The notes beneath the pieces were generated by a model, which saw only the letters and a program-made list of their open reading frames with translations, was not told the DNA's origin and searched no databases. From Pseudomonadota bacterium (GTDB taxonomy: Bacteria; Pseudomonadota; Alphaproteobacteria; Sphingomonadales; SMXR01): a stretch of DNA of 64,000 nt. A program made the position numbers and the translations under genes. The stretch's first letter is position 1. Every line of letters begins with the position of its first letter. The stretch is taken from positions 704-64,703 of the forward strand of contig JACZSK010000004.1 of NCBI GenBank assembly GCA_022574255.1, given 5' to 3'. Shown here one piece after another: positions 47,519 through 57,439 of this stretch.

Positions 47519-48999
47519 CCAAATTTCTCTGGGGTGTGTATCCCTACATCTGTTTCACCCTGTTCTTTGTCGTGCCGATAGTGCGAATGCTGGTCCACCC
47601 GTACAGCTGGACGACGCGCGCCAGCGGCCTGTTCGGCAGCCGCCTTCTGGGTTACGCCTCGCAATTGTTCCATTGGGGCCTGCTGGTTGTTCTCATCGGC
47701 CATGTGGCGGGGTGGGTCGGCGGCCTGCTGGGGCTTCCGGGCTGGGTCAATTTCTTTTACTGGAGCGCCCTGACAGGCGGGTTCGCCGCGCTCGCCGGAT
47801 CGGTTGCCGCGCTGCTGCGCCGGTTTGCGGTGCCTGAAGTTCGCGCCATGAGCCAGAGTGATGACTATCTGGTGCATCTGTTTCTGATCGCGATACTCGG
47901 CATCGCTCTCTATCAGGTCACGGTCGACGGGATATTTGGCCTCGCCTATACGGCGGCGCCCTGGTTCGCCAGCGTCTGGACATTGTCGCCGCAGCCTGAG
48001 CTCATGGCCTCGGCCAGCCTGCTGACCAAGCTGCATGTTTTTCTTGCGCTGACCTTTTTCGCCTATTTTCCCTTCACCAAGCTGGTCCATTTCTGGGCGC
48101 TGCCGATCAATTATTTCGTCCGGCCGTACCAGGTTATGCGGACCATGCGCTATACGCTTCAGCGCAAGCGGGAATACGCGCTGCGAAGCGATCAATCCTA
48201 TCTCTTCTATGCCATAGCTCTTTCAGTGCTGATCGCCGTCGGCATCTCGCTGCTGCCCGGTAAACCCATGCTCGCCGGCCTGGAGGCCAGTAAGACAACG
48301 CCGCAGTCTGGAATTGAGGCGCAGACGGGTTATCCGCTGTATGTCAGCCAGTGCGCCCGCTGCCATGGTATCGACGGAACTGGCGACGGCCCCGGTGCCG
48401 GTTCGCCCAGATTCGCGTCTCCGCCGCGCAATCTGGTGGCCGGGCAATATCGCTTTGTATCAACCGACAACGGTGTCGCCTCGGATGCGGATATTTACCG
48501 CACCATTTTGAAGGGACTGCCTTCAGCAGGAATGCCGGGCTTTGCCGCGTTGTCGCCGCAGCAACTGGGGTCGCTGGTGTCTGTTCTGGATCATTTTTGG
48601 AGTGATCGATCACAGCCCGGGCAGGCCATCGCAGTGGCTGCAAGGCCGCCGCCGTCAGACGAAACGCAGAGCACGGGGCGGCAACTCTTTGCCGACGCCT
48701 GTGCCATGTGTCACGGCGAGACTGGCCACGGCGACGGGGATCTGGCCGCCGGGATTCTCGATTCGGCCGGAAACATGGTTCCGCCAGCCAACCTGGCAGA
48801 GGGCCGCCTGAAGACAGGCCGCGACCCCGAACAGATTTACCTGAGAATAGCCGCCGGCATCCCTGACGGCCAAAGCGGTTCTCTGATGCCCGCGTTCTCG
48901 TATTTCTCTGGCGATGAAATCTGGGCCGTGGTGGACTTTCTCGAGAGCGAAATGCTGCCGCCGGGAGGATCGGTGGCATCCACCCAGACCGCGCGATAG
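47515..48999 (+). CDS. narI: NarI (haem b membrane anchor) fused to a C-terminal di-haem cytochrome c
   Basis: FLWGVYPY, YSWTTRAS, His pairs FHWG..GH and LHVF..FPFTKLVH, RPYQV; then an extra TM helix and CARCH / CAMCH each followed by an MPxF motif. Confidence 0.85.
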   Translation: MTKFLWGVYPYICFTLFFVVPIVRMLVHPYSWTTRASGLFGSRLLGYASQLFHWGLLVVLIGHVAGWVGGLLGLPGWVNFFYWSALTGGFAALAGSVAALLRRFAVPEVRAMSQSDDYLVHLFLIAILGIALYQVTVDGIFGLAYTAAPWFASVWTLSPQPELMASASLLTKLHVFLALTFFAYFPFTKLVHFWALPINYFVRPYQVMRTMRYTLQRKREYALRSDQSYLFYAIALSVLIAVGISLLPGKPMLAGLEASKTTPQSGIEAQTGYPLYVSQCARCHGIDGTGDGPGAGSPRFASPPRNLVAGQYRFVSTDNGVASDADIYRTILKGLPSAGMPGFAALSPQQLGSLVSVLDHFWSDRSQPGQAIAVAARPPPSDETQSTGRQLFADACAMCHGETGHGDGDLAAGILDSAGNMVPPANLAEGRLKTGRDPEQIYLRIAAGIPDGQSGSLMPAFSYFSGDEIWAVVDFLESEMLPPGGSVASTQTAR

Positions 49000-49081
49000 G
49001 GGCCCTGTCTTGGCGGAAATACCTGCGTTCGACCTGGTCGGGCGGCTGGAAACAGTTCCGCCGGTGAGGGGATAGGCACGA

Positions 49082-51787
49082 ATGGACAGCACAGCTACCG
49101 AATATCCGAGAAAGCAGCAAATCTCGGTCCTAACCATGAACACGGCGGCCTTCACGGTCAATTTCATGGTCTGGACTATGTTTTCCATCATCGGGATCAA
49201 GATCAAGGCCGAACTTGGCCTCAACGAAACAGAATTTGGCCTGCTGATTGCCACACCGATCCTCACCGGCTCTCTGGTGCGGCTGCCGCTGGGCCTGCTC
49301 ACCGACCGCTTCGGCGGGCGCGTCGTCTATTTCATTCAGATGCTGCTTGTGGCCATGGCGACCTACGGGCTGGCCTTTGCCAACGAATATTGGCAATACC
49401 TCGCCATCGGCCTCTGTGTCGGTCTGGCCGGCGGTTCCTTCGCCATCGGCATAGCCTATACATCCGCATGGTTCCCGAAGGAACGGCAGGGCACCGCGTT
49501 GGGTATTTTTGGCGCCGGCAACGCCGGGGCGGCGATTACCAACATGGTGGCGCCTCTGATTATCGTGGCTTTGGGTTGGCGTGCGGTACCCGAAATTTAC
49601 TCGTTGGTTATGCTGGTGATGGCCGTCGTTTTCTGGTTTTTCACCTATCCTGATCCTTTGCATGAAAGCCGAAAACAGCAGGGAACGATGCCGACGCTCG
49701 GGGAGCAGCTTGCGCCCCTTGCCGACGTCCGTGTGTGGCGATTTGGTCTCGCTTATTTCTTTGTTTTCGGTGGCTTCGTGGCGCTGGCCCTGTGGTTGCC
49801 CAGATACTACATGGCGGAGTATGGCCTGGAGCTGACGACGGCGGCTCTGATTGCCCTGTTCTTTACGCTGCCTTCGGGCCTCATCCGCGCCCTGGGCGGG
49901 TGGTTCTCAGACAAGTGGGGCGGCAGTACCGTCACTTGGTGGGTTTTCTGGGTCAGCATCATCTGCCTGTTTTTCCTCTCCTACCCGTCGACCACATTCG
50001 TAGTGCATGGAATAGAGGGCGATGTCGCCTTCCATATTGCCGTAGGCGTCGGGTTATTCACCACGCTTGTCTTTATCGTCGGTATGGCAATGGGGATCGG
50101 CAAGGCCAGCGTCTACCGCAGCCTGGCTGACCACTACCCAAAGAACATGGGCGCTGTCGGCGGCCTGGTCGGCGTTATCGGGGGCTTGGGCGGTTTCTTC
50201 CTTCCTATCATGTTCGGGATCGCCGCCGACCTGACGAATGTGCGCAGCAGCACCTTTATGCTGATGTATGTGGTTCTCGGTGGTGTAATGATCTGGACCT
50301 GGATGGCAGCCAGGCGCGAGCGCCAGGAAATCCTGGAACGCGATCCAGCCCTTCGCGAACGCATGATCGGGGGAGAGTTGCTGGGCGTGCAAGTGGCGGG
50401 TGTTGGCCGTTGGCTGCGAGACTGGCGTCCGAACGACGAGGCCTTCTGGCGGCAAACCGGCCGCGCGGTTGCCTTGCGTAATCTGATATTTTCCATGCTG
50501 CCGCTGCTGCTGTCCTTTGCTGTGTGGATGGTCTGGAGCGTGGTGGTCGTCGAGCTCCCACGGATTGGCTTTCAGTTCACGACGAGTGAATTGTTCTGGC
50601 TGGCTGGCGCGCCAGGTCTGTCGGGTGCCGCGCTGCGCCTTCTTTACTCCTTTGTCGTGCCCATTTTCGGGGGCAGGAACTGGACGGTGTTCAGTACCGC
50701 GACCCTGCTGATTCCCACGCTATGGATGGCGATAGCGGTACAGGATCCCGGTACCGATTATGCTGTATTCCTTGTCATTGCCCTGCTGTGCGGTATTGGC
50801 GGCGGAAATTTCTCCGCCAGCATGGGCAACATCAGCTTCTTCTTCCCGAAGAGGATGCAGGGCACCGCCTTGGGCTGGAACGCCGGCGTCGGCAATCTTG
50901 GCGTCGGCATTGTGCAGGCTGTGGTGCCCCTGGCGATCTACGGCGGGGCCCTCACTTTCATGGGCGGCGATTCGCAGACCCATTTGAATGGTGGCGTGGT
51001 CAGCGAAGTCTGGCTGCAGAACGCCGGGTTCATCTGGGTTCCGCTGATTCTGTTTGCGACCGTTGCGGCAGCCTGGGGCCAGAATAACATCAGGGGCGTC
51101 AAGGCGACCTTCGGCGAACAGATTGTTATTTTCCGGCGCAAGCACGCCTGGCTTTTGGCCTGGCTCTATACCGGCACTTTCGGTTCCTTCATTGGTTTTG
51201 CTGCGGCATTCCCGATCCTGCTGCTGGCGCTGTTCCCGGATTCGGGCGCTGTTCGCTGGGCGTTTATGGGGCCGTTGATAGGGGCGCTGGTCCGCCCGTT
51301 CGGGGGGTGGCTGTCCGATCGCCTCGGCGGGGCCAAGGTGACGCTTTGGAATTTCGCATTCATGCTGGCAGCGGTTTTTGCAGTTCTGGTGCTTCTGCCA
51401 TCGAAACCGGGTGATTCCGGGGTTGGCGGATTCTTCGCGGCCTTCATGTTTGTTTTTATGGCCACGGGCATCGGCAATGGATCCGTATTCCGTGTTGTGC
51501 CAACCGTATTCCTGACGCTTCACAAGCGTCGGGCTCAAGGAAAAGATCGGGCCGCACGGGATGCCGCAGTCTCCGAAGGCGAAATAGAGGCGTCCGTGGC
51601 GCTGGGCTTTACAGCATCGGTGGCCGCGCTGGGACTGTTCTTCATACCGGCGCTTGTCGCGATTTCCATTGCAGCCACGGGCACGCCTAGAGCCGCCCTG
51701 ATCGTATTCAGCATATTCATTTTGACCTGCATCCTCGCCACCTGGTGGTGGTATCGGCGTGATGGAGCAGAGGTCAGATGTGATTAG
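49082..51787 (+). CDS. narK: Fused two-domain NarK (NarK1-NarK2) nitrate/nitrite MFS transporter
   Basis: 901 aa, two MFS units; GSLVRLPLG, ALGIFGAGNAG, GGGNFSASMGNISFFFP, FGSFIGF. Confidence 0.9.
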   Translation: MDSTATEYPRKQQISVLTMNTAAFTVNFMVWTMFSIIGIKIKAELGLNETEFGLLIATPILTGSLVRLPLGLLTDRFGGRVVYFIQMLLVAMATYGLAFANEYWQYLAIGLCVGLAGGSFAIGIAYTSAWFPKERQGTALGIFGAGNAGAAITNMVAPLIIVALGWRAVPEIYSLVMLVMAVVFWFFTYPDPLHESRKQQGTMPTLGEQLAPLADVRVWRFGLAYFFVFGGFVALALWLPRYYMAEYGLELTTAALIALFFTLPSGLIRALGGWFSDKWGGSTVTWWVFWVSIICLFFLSYPSTTFVVHGIEGDVAFHIAVGVGLFTTLVFIVGMAMGIGKASVYRSLADHYPKNMGAVGGLVGVIGGLGGFFLPIMFGIAADLTNVRSSTFMLMYVVLGGVMIWTWMAARRERQEILERDPALRERMIGGELLGVQVAGVGRWLRDWRPNDEAFWRQTGRAVALRNLIFSMLPLLLSFAVWMVWSVVVVELPRIGFQFTTSELFWLAGAPGLSGAALRLLYSFVVPIFGGRNWTVFSTATLLIPTLWMAIAVQDPGTDYAVFLVIALLCGIGGGNFSASMGNISFFFPKRMQGTALGWNAGVGNLGVGIVQAVVPLAIYGGALTFMGGDSQTHLNGGVVSEVWLQNAGFIWVPLILFATVAAAWGQNNIRGVKATFGEQIVIFRRKHAWLLAWLYTGTFGSFIGFAAAFPILLLALFPDSGAVRWAFMGPLIGALVRPFGGWLSDRLGGAKVTLWNFAFMLAAVFAVLVLLPSKPGDSGVGGFFAAFMFVFMATGIGNGSVFRVVPTVFLTLHKRRAQGKDRAARDAAVSEGEIEASVALGFTASVAALGLFFIPALVAISIAATGTPRAALIVFSIFILTCILATWWWYRRDGAEVRCD

Positions 51788-51827
51788 CGACCGCACCAGC
51801 GGCAAACCAGAGACTTGAGGAGCGAAC

Positions 51828-53438
51828 ATGGCAGAAAACCTGACGAAGTGGGACCCCGAGAACGAGGAATTCTGGGAAACGACGGGCAAGCATATCGCCC
51901 AGCGGAACCTGTGGATTTCCATTCCCTGCCTCCTCTGCGGTTTCGCAGTGTGGATTTACTGGGGAATCATAACGGTGCAGATGCTCAATCTGGGCTATCC
52001 GTTTTCCCAGTCCGAGCTGTTCACCCTGACCGCGATTGCCGGACTTTCGGGCGCCACGCTGCGTATCCCCAGCACCTTTTTCATCCGCCTTGCGGGTGGC
52101 CGGAATACAATTTTCCTGACCACCGCGCTGCTGATTGTGCCGGCTGCGGGCACCGGCTTCGCCCTGCTCAATCCCGATACGCCACTTTGGACTTACCAAC
52201 TGCTGGCGCTGTTGTCGGGATTTGGCGGCGGTAATTTTGCCTCATCCATGTCGAACATCAGTTTTTTCTATCCCAAACGCATGCAGGGACTGTCGCTGGG
52301 GCTTAACGCAGGGCTTGGAAATTTCGGTGTGACCTCCATGCAGGTTCTCATTCCGCTGATCATGACGGCGGGCATTTTCGGCGGCGGCTCAATGATCCTG
52401 GAGACAACCAGCGGCACCCTCATCGGCAAGATTCCGGCTGGCTCGGAGGCCTGGATTCACAACGCCGGCTTTATCTGGGTGGTTTTTCTGGTGCCCATAT
52501 CGATCGCCGCCTGGGTCGGCATGAACAATATTCTGGACGAACATGTCTCGCCTGGCGTACGCGGGGCTCTGCCCGCCTTCGCCAAAATTCTGGGCATGCT
52601 GGCAATTGGCCTGATGACCGCGTCCGCCGGAATGTGGTTGATGCTGCCCGCTGCCTCCGGTGGCTCCGGCCTGGAGATCAGCAAGTGGATTATATTGCCA
52701 GTCGTCATCACCGTGACCGTGCTGCTTCTCAAGCTGATACCCGGCGAGGTGAAGTCGAATCTGAAGCGCCAATACAAGATCTTCGACAGCAAGCACACCT
52801 GGGCGATGACGGTCATCTACACCATGACATTTGGCTCATTCATCGGTTATTCCGCGGCCTTTCCCCTGGCAATCAAGGTGATTTTCGGCTTCAGCCATGT
52901 GGTGGGTGCGGACGGGGTAATGACCCACGGTACGGTCAACCCGAACGGTCCCAGCGCGCTTATGTTCGCCTGGATGGGACCCTTTATCGGCGCCCTTATC
53001 CGGCCCGTGGGCGGATGGATAGCCGATCGTATGGGTGGCGCCAAGGTCACTCAGATGATCTCGGTCGTGATGGTGGCGAGCGCCCTTGGCGTCGCTTATT
53101 TCATGAAGCAGGCCTACGCATCGGCGACACCCGAAGATTATTTTGTGCCCTTCTTCATTCTTTTTCTGGTGCTTTTCACGGCGACCGGAATTGGCAATGG
53201 TTCGACGTTCCGGACCATCGCCATGGTCTTCGACAAGGAACAGGCAGGCCCGGTGCTCGGCTGGACTTCGGCCGTTGCCGCTTATGGGGCTTTCATTATT
53301 CCCAAGGTTTTTGGCGAACAGATTCAGGCCACGACACCGGAATACGCGCTCTACGGCTTCGCCGTCTTCTACGGTCTCTGCATCATTATAAACTGGTGGT
53401 TCTATTTGCGGCCGAACGCCTATGTGAAGAACCCGTGA
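51828..53438 (+). CDS. narK: NarK-family nitrate/nitrite antiporter
   Basis: WDPENEEFW, RNLWISIP, GGGNFASSMSNIS, FGSFIGY, GIGNGSTFR. Confidence 0.9.
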   Translation: MAENLTKWDPENEEFWETTGKHIAQRNLWISIPCLLCGFAVWIYWGIITVQMLNLGYPFSQSELFTLTAIAGLSGATLRIPSTFFIRLAGGRNTIFLTTALLIVPAAGTGFALLNPDTPLWTYQLLALLSGFGGGNFASSMSNISFFYPKRMQGLSLGLNAGLGNFGVTSMQVLIPLIMTAGIFGGGSMILETTSGTLIGKIPAGSEAWIHNAGFIWVVFLVPISIAAWVGMNNILDEHVSPGVRGALPAFAKILGMLAIGLMTASAGMWLMLPAASGGSGLEISKWIILPVVITVTVLLLKLIPGEVKSNLKRQYKIFDSKHTWAMTVIYTMTFGSFIGYSAAFPLAIKVIFGFSHVVGADGVMTHGTVNPNGPSALMFAWMGPFIGALIRPVGGWIADRMGGAKVTQMISVVMVASALGVAYFMKQAYASATPEDYFVPFFILFLVLFTATGIGNGSTFRTIAMVFDKEQAGPVLGWTSAVAAYGAFIIPKVFGEQIQATTPEYALYGFAVFYGLCIIINWWFYLRPNAYVKNP

Positions 53439-53714
53439 CGCGTTCTGTGGGCAAACACTGGAAAATGTTCACGGCTCACGACGCTGTGTGGGGCAATCAC
53501 GATGACGTGCTGCGACAAACCGCCACAGTGACCTCTGGTGCTGTATTTTCCATCCTTATGGATGCGCTTGTCGCCTCAACCGTGGCGGCTTGCTTAGGTG
53601 ACGGTATTAGATCGGCTTTTACAGGCCGGTGCGGGTGTGAATCTACATTTTCGAGGGGTCTCTTGGGAAAGTCCAATGGGCTCATCGTGATGCAAATCGG
53701 CGAAGAGATTATCG

Positions 53715-54476
53715 ATGATCAACCTCGACAAATGCACCACGGCGCAGCTTGAGACCATGCTGGAGGCGTCCCGCGACGTGTTTGAATGCCAAGCTGCCCT
53801 GGCAAGGACGGGCGACAATATAGTTGGTGAACTGCTTCCCAAAGAAGAGACATTTTACGAGTTCGCTCACTGTCCCCCCGGTGACGTCTTCGACAATGAA
53901 ACCCACAGCCAGTTTTACTACCACGCCCACCGGCAGGGCGAGCACGGCCATTTTCACATCTTCATGAGGGAACAAGGCATGCCCGAGCACTGCCACCCGG
54001 CCAAGCAATCCGAGGCGGGCTACATGAAGGAGAGAGATGACAGGCTCAGCCATCTGGTCGCTATTTCCATGGACAAGCGCGGCGAACCGATAGGTCTGTT
54101 CACGACCAACCGCTGGGTAACAGCTGAAAATTGGTATGCGGCGAAAGATGTCTGCGCCATGGCCGATCGTTTCAGTATTGAGCACGCCAAGCCGTCCTGG
54201 CCGGTGAATCGATGGATCACTGCCATGATTCGGCTGTTCCGCCCGCAGATCGAAGAGATTTTGCAAGAGCGCGATGCTGTCGTCGCGAAGTGGCAAGCGA
54301 CTCACCCGGACGAAGACGTCTTCGAAGACAGGAACCTGGACCTGCCCTCGGCGGTCGAGATTTCGACCATCGACCAGATCCTCGCATTGGAAACAGCCCT
54401 GACGGTACGACGCAGCAAGACGACCGCCAAAAAACAAGGGTCCGATCCTGTGGCGCAAATAGGGGAAACTCCATGA
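53715..54476 (+). CDS. His-rich hypothetical protein, paralogue 1
   Basis: HCPPGD, QFYYHAH, EHGHFHIF, HLVAISMD, LFTTNRW; duplicated downstream. Confidence 0.8.
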   Translation: MINLDKCTTAQLETMLEASRDVFECQAALARTGDNIVGELLPKEETFYEFAHCPPGDVFDNETHSQFYYHAHRQGEHGHFHIFMREQGMPEHCHPAKQSEAGYMKERDDRLSHLVAISMDKRGEPIGLFTTNRWVTAENWYAAKDVCAMADRFSIEHAKPSWPVNRWITAMIRLFRPQIEEILQERDAVVAKWQATHPDEDVFEDRNLDLPSAVEISTIDQILALETALTVRRSKTTAKKQGSDPVAQIGETP

Positions 54477-55315
54477 CAAGTTTCGACAAACACACCACAG
54501 AGCAACTCGAGACCATGCTCGAAGCCGGTTTCGAAGTGCTCGAATCCCATTATGTGCTGGCCAAGACCGGGGACACAATCGTTGGCGAGTTACTTCCTGA
54601 AGACGAAGAATTCCACGAATGGAACCATTGCCCACCGGGCGATATCATCGACAAGGATACTCACAGCCAATTCTACTATCATGCCCATCGGGACGGCGAA
54701 CATGGCCACTTTCACCTCTTCATGAGGAAGGACGGCATGCCCGAGGATTGCCGGCCCGTCGACCGGCCCGAGGCTGAGTATCTGAAAGACGAGGGCGTCA
54801 TAATGTGCCACCTGGTCGCCATTTCCATGGACGAACACGGCATCCCGATCCGGCTGTTCACGACCAACCGCTGGCTGACAGATGAATATTGGTACAGGGC
54901 GAAGGATATCTCCGCCATGCTTGATGATTTCAGCATTGAGCAGGCCAAGCCGTCCTGGCCGGTCAATCGCTGGGTGACCGCCATGGTCAGGCTGTTTCGT
55001 CCGCAGATCGAGCAAATTTTGCTGGAGCGTGACGCGCTGGTGGCAAAACTGCTCAAGGAGCAGTGGCAGGAAGAACTGTTTGAAGACCGCGATCGGGGAA
55101 TCCTGACGGAAATAGAAATATCGGTGGATGATCATATGACGGCGCTGAAGAAAGCCCTGGCGGCGCGCCGCCGGAAAGAGTCTCGGAAAACACAAAGCGA
55201 CCGGGCCGGAAACTCCAGTCGGCCTGTGCGGGCCCAGACCGGTGGCTCCCGGAAGCGGAAACCGCGCGCCCGGCGAATTAAAGCCAGCAGTCGTGCGGCG
55301 CCGGCGCAGACCTGA
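54473..55315 (+). CDS. His-rich hypothetical protein, paralogue 2
   Basis: Same motifs; ATGA overlap with paralogue 1; basic C-terminal tail. Confidence 0.8.
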   Translation: MTSFDKHTTEQLETMLEAGFEVLESHYVLAKTGDTIVGELLPEDEEFHEWNHCPPGDIIDKDTHSQFYYHAHRDGEHGHFHLFMRKDGMPEDCRPVDRPEAEYLKDEGVIMCHLVAISMDEHGIPIRLFTTNRWLTDEYWYRAKDISAMLDDFSIEQAKPSWPVNRWVTAMVRLFRPQIEQILLERDALVAKLLKEQWQEELFEDRDRGILTEIEISVDDHMTALKKALAARRRKESRKTQSDRAGNSSRPVRAQTGGSRKRKPRARRIKASSRAAPAQT

Positions 55316-55361
55316 GATCCGCGCAAAAAATGCAGGATTCACCCAAAGGAAGGATAATGAA

Positions 55362-56411
55362 ATGCCCGCCTCCGCCCCCGACAAGCAGTTTCCCCTGGCC
55401 GAAGCCAGAGAGATAGTGCGCGATCTGTTTACCCCCAATCCCGTGATCTACTGGCTGGATTTTGTCTTTCATGTGACACTGGGATGGGCCGCCGTGGTCG
55501 TGGCGCTGATCTCCCCCGCCTTTTCCGCCTTGGGTCTGGCCGCCTATATAATTGCGGCGCTCGCCCTTTACCGGGCGGTGATTTTCACCCACGAACTGGC
55601 GCATCTGAAAAAAGGCACCTTCAAATTCTTCCGGCTGGTGTGGAACGTCACCTGCGGCTTCCCGTTGATGGTGCCTTCGTTTACCTACCACGGGGTCCAT
55701 AACGACCATCACACGCGGGACATCTACGGGACCGACAGGGACGGCGAATATATCCCCTTTGCGGTGCAGAGACCGTATAGGATCGCTGCCTATATGCTTC
55801 TCATATTTGTCCTGCCGATCATTTTTGCCGCCCGCTTTCTCGTGCTGGCGCCGCTCTCCTGGCTGAACGCGTCCATGGGCCGCTTCGTTTGGGAACGCGC
55901 CTCATCACTCACCATTGATCTTTTTTACAAACGTCCCGCCTTTTCGAAACGGGATGATTCGACCTGGCGCCTGCAGGAAATCGCTACCTGTGCCTATGGC
56001 TGGACCGCCGTGGCGCTGGTCGCTGCCGGCACCCTGCCGGTCAAGTTTTTTGTGCTCTGGTACCTGATCACAATGCTGGTTTTCCTGCTGAATTCGTTGC
56101 GCACCCTGGCCGCCCATGCCTACCGGAATCCCGGCGATCAAATAATGTCGGTGTCCGAGCAGTATCTGGATTCGGTCGATGTACCGGGCAACAACTTCCT
56201 CACCCCGCTGTGGGCGCCCGTGGGACTCAGGTACCATGCCACCCACCACCTGTTTCCCAGCATGCCGTATCACGCCACGGCAAAGGCCCAGCGGCGGCTG
56301 ACGGAGAGGCTCTCCGACAACACACTTTATCTCAAAGCGACGCGGAAGAGCTTGTGGGACGCGCTGGCTACATTGTGGCGTGAGGCCCGCTGGTCAACAG
56401 CATCGGCATAA
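55362..56411 (+). CDS. Membrane fatty-acid desaturase family protein
   Basis: His boxes HELAH, HNDHH, YHATHH; TM segments. Confidence 0.85.
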   Translation: MPASAPDKQFPLAEAREIVRDLFTPNPVIYWLDFVFHVTLGWAAVVVALISPAFSALGLAAYIIAALALYRAVIFTHELAHLKKGTFKFFRLVWNVTCGFPLMVPSFTYHGVHNDHHTRDIYGTDRDGEYIPFAVQRPYRIAAYMLLIFVLPIIFAARFLVLAPLSWLNASMGRFVWERASSLTIDLFYKRPAFSKRDDSTWRLQEIATCAYGWTAVALVAAGTLPVKFFVLWYLITMLVFLLNSLRTLAAHAYRNPGDQIMSVSEQYLDSVDVPGNNFLTPLWAPVGLRYHATHHLFPSMPYHATAKAQRRLTERLSDNTLYLKATRKSLWDALATLWREARWSTASA

Positions 56412-56568
56412 AGATTTCCTGGCATGGTCGAGTGGAATAATCCCGGTCAAACCTTGCTTGTCGTCGCGCGCCCGCTTTCCGCCACATCACCCATCCGATC
56501 TTTGATACGTGAGATATTCCGCTTAGCCTGCTTGATGGTCGGGCGCCAAAGGGAATCAGCAGGGAAGG

Positions 56569-57375
56569 GACATTGTCACATTAACACGCTCGCAGTTGCA
56601 GAGATTCACGGTCGAGGTTCTTCACACAGCTGCGGCAGCATTCTCCCATACATCGAAAGCTTCGGCACGATACCGCTTGAATGTTGGGCGGTTGATGAGA
56701 TGGCGTTGAGAGTAGAATGTGTTGTAAGCGGCGGATTGAATGTTGAGGAATCGTTGAGCGGAGCCCGGTGATTTGAATCTTTGCATTTTTCGCTCTCGTC
56801 GTCGCACCGGTTGATGTGAGTTCTCAGCACGATTGTTTGACCGCTTGTTATCAATATGTTCTGCCGTTAGCCCCAGCATCCGAAACGCAGCATGATAAGA
56901 TCGGAGCTTGTCGGTTATGATCCGGGTCGGTGCCCAACCCTGCTTTTTCAATAGCTCGCGCATCAGCTTAAGAGCCGCTCTCGCATTACGTTTCCGCTGA
57001 ACAAGAAAGTCCAGAACCTCGCCTTCATTATCGGCAGCACGCCATAGAAAATGCTGCTTGCCGCTGATGACGATGACCATTTCATCCAAGTGGCAGTAGT
57101 CGCTCGGTGTTGGGCGCGTGCTGCTTAAGTTCCGGGCAATTGGCCTGCCAAATTTCAGAAACCAGCGCCTCGCGGTCTCGTAGGAAACATTCAGACCACG
57201 CTCGGCAAGAAGGTCTTCAACATCTCGATAACTGAGAGTGAAACGGGCATATAGCCAGACCGCATGGCGAATGATTTCAGGTGGGAAACGGTGGCGCTTG
57301 AAGGAAATATTTTGCATCGGAAGATGCTAACCTGGCGAGGCGCAGTGACGCGAGTCTAGTTAACGTGACAATACC
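56569..57375 (-). mobile_element. Complete IS6-family insertion sequence (~807 bp)
   Basis: 17-bp IRs GACATTGTCACATTAAC (56569) and GTTAACGTGACAATACC (57359-57375) flank the transposase; no target duplication seen. Confidence 0.9.
56622..57317 (-). CDS. IS6-family DDE transposase
   Basis: FKRHRFPPEII, HLDEM, ITDKL, NNRAENSH, MQRFKS. Confidence 0.95.
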   Translation of the reverse strand: MQNISFKRHRFPPEIIRHAVWLYARFTLSYRDVEDLLAERGLNVSYETARRWFLKFGRPIARNLSSTRPTPSDYCHLDEMVIVISGKQHFLWRAADNEGEVLDFLVQRKRNARAALKLMRELLKKQGWAPTRIITDKLRSYHAAFRMLGLTAEHIDNKRSNNRAENSHQPVRRRERKMQRFKSPGSAQRFLNIQSAAYNTFYSQRHLINRPTFKRYRAEAFDVWENAAAAV

Positions 57376-57439
57376 CGCCGGAGGGCCGCGGAACGCGGTG
57401 GTTTTGGGGGCGCGTCTCCATAAGGCGCTACGGGGAAGA

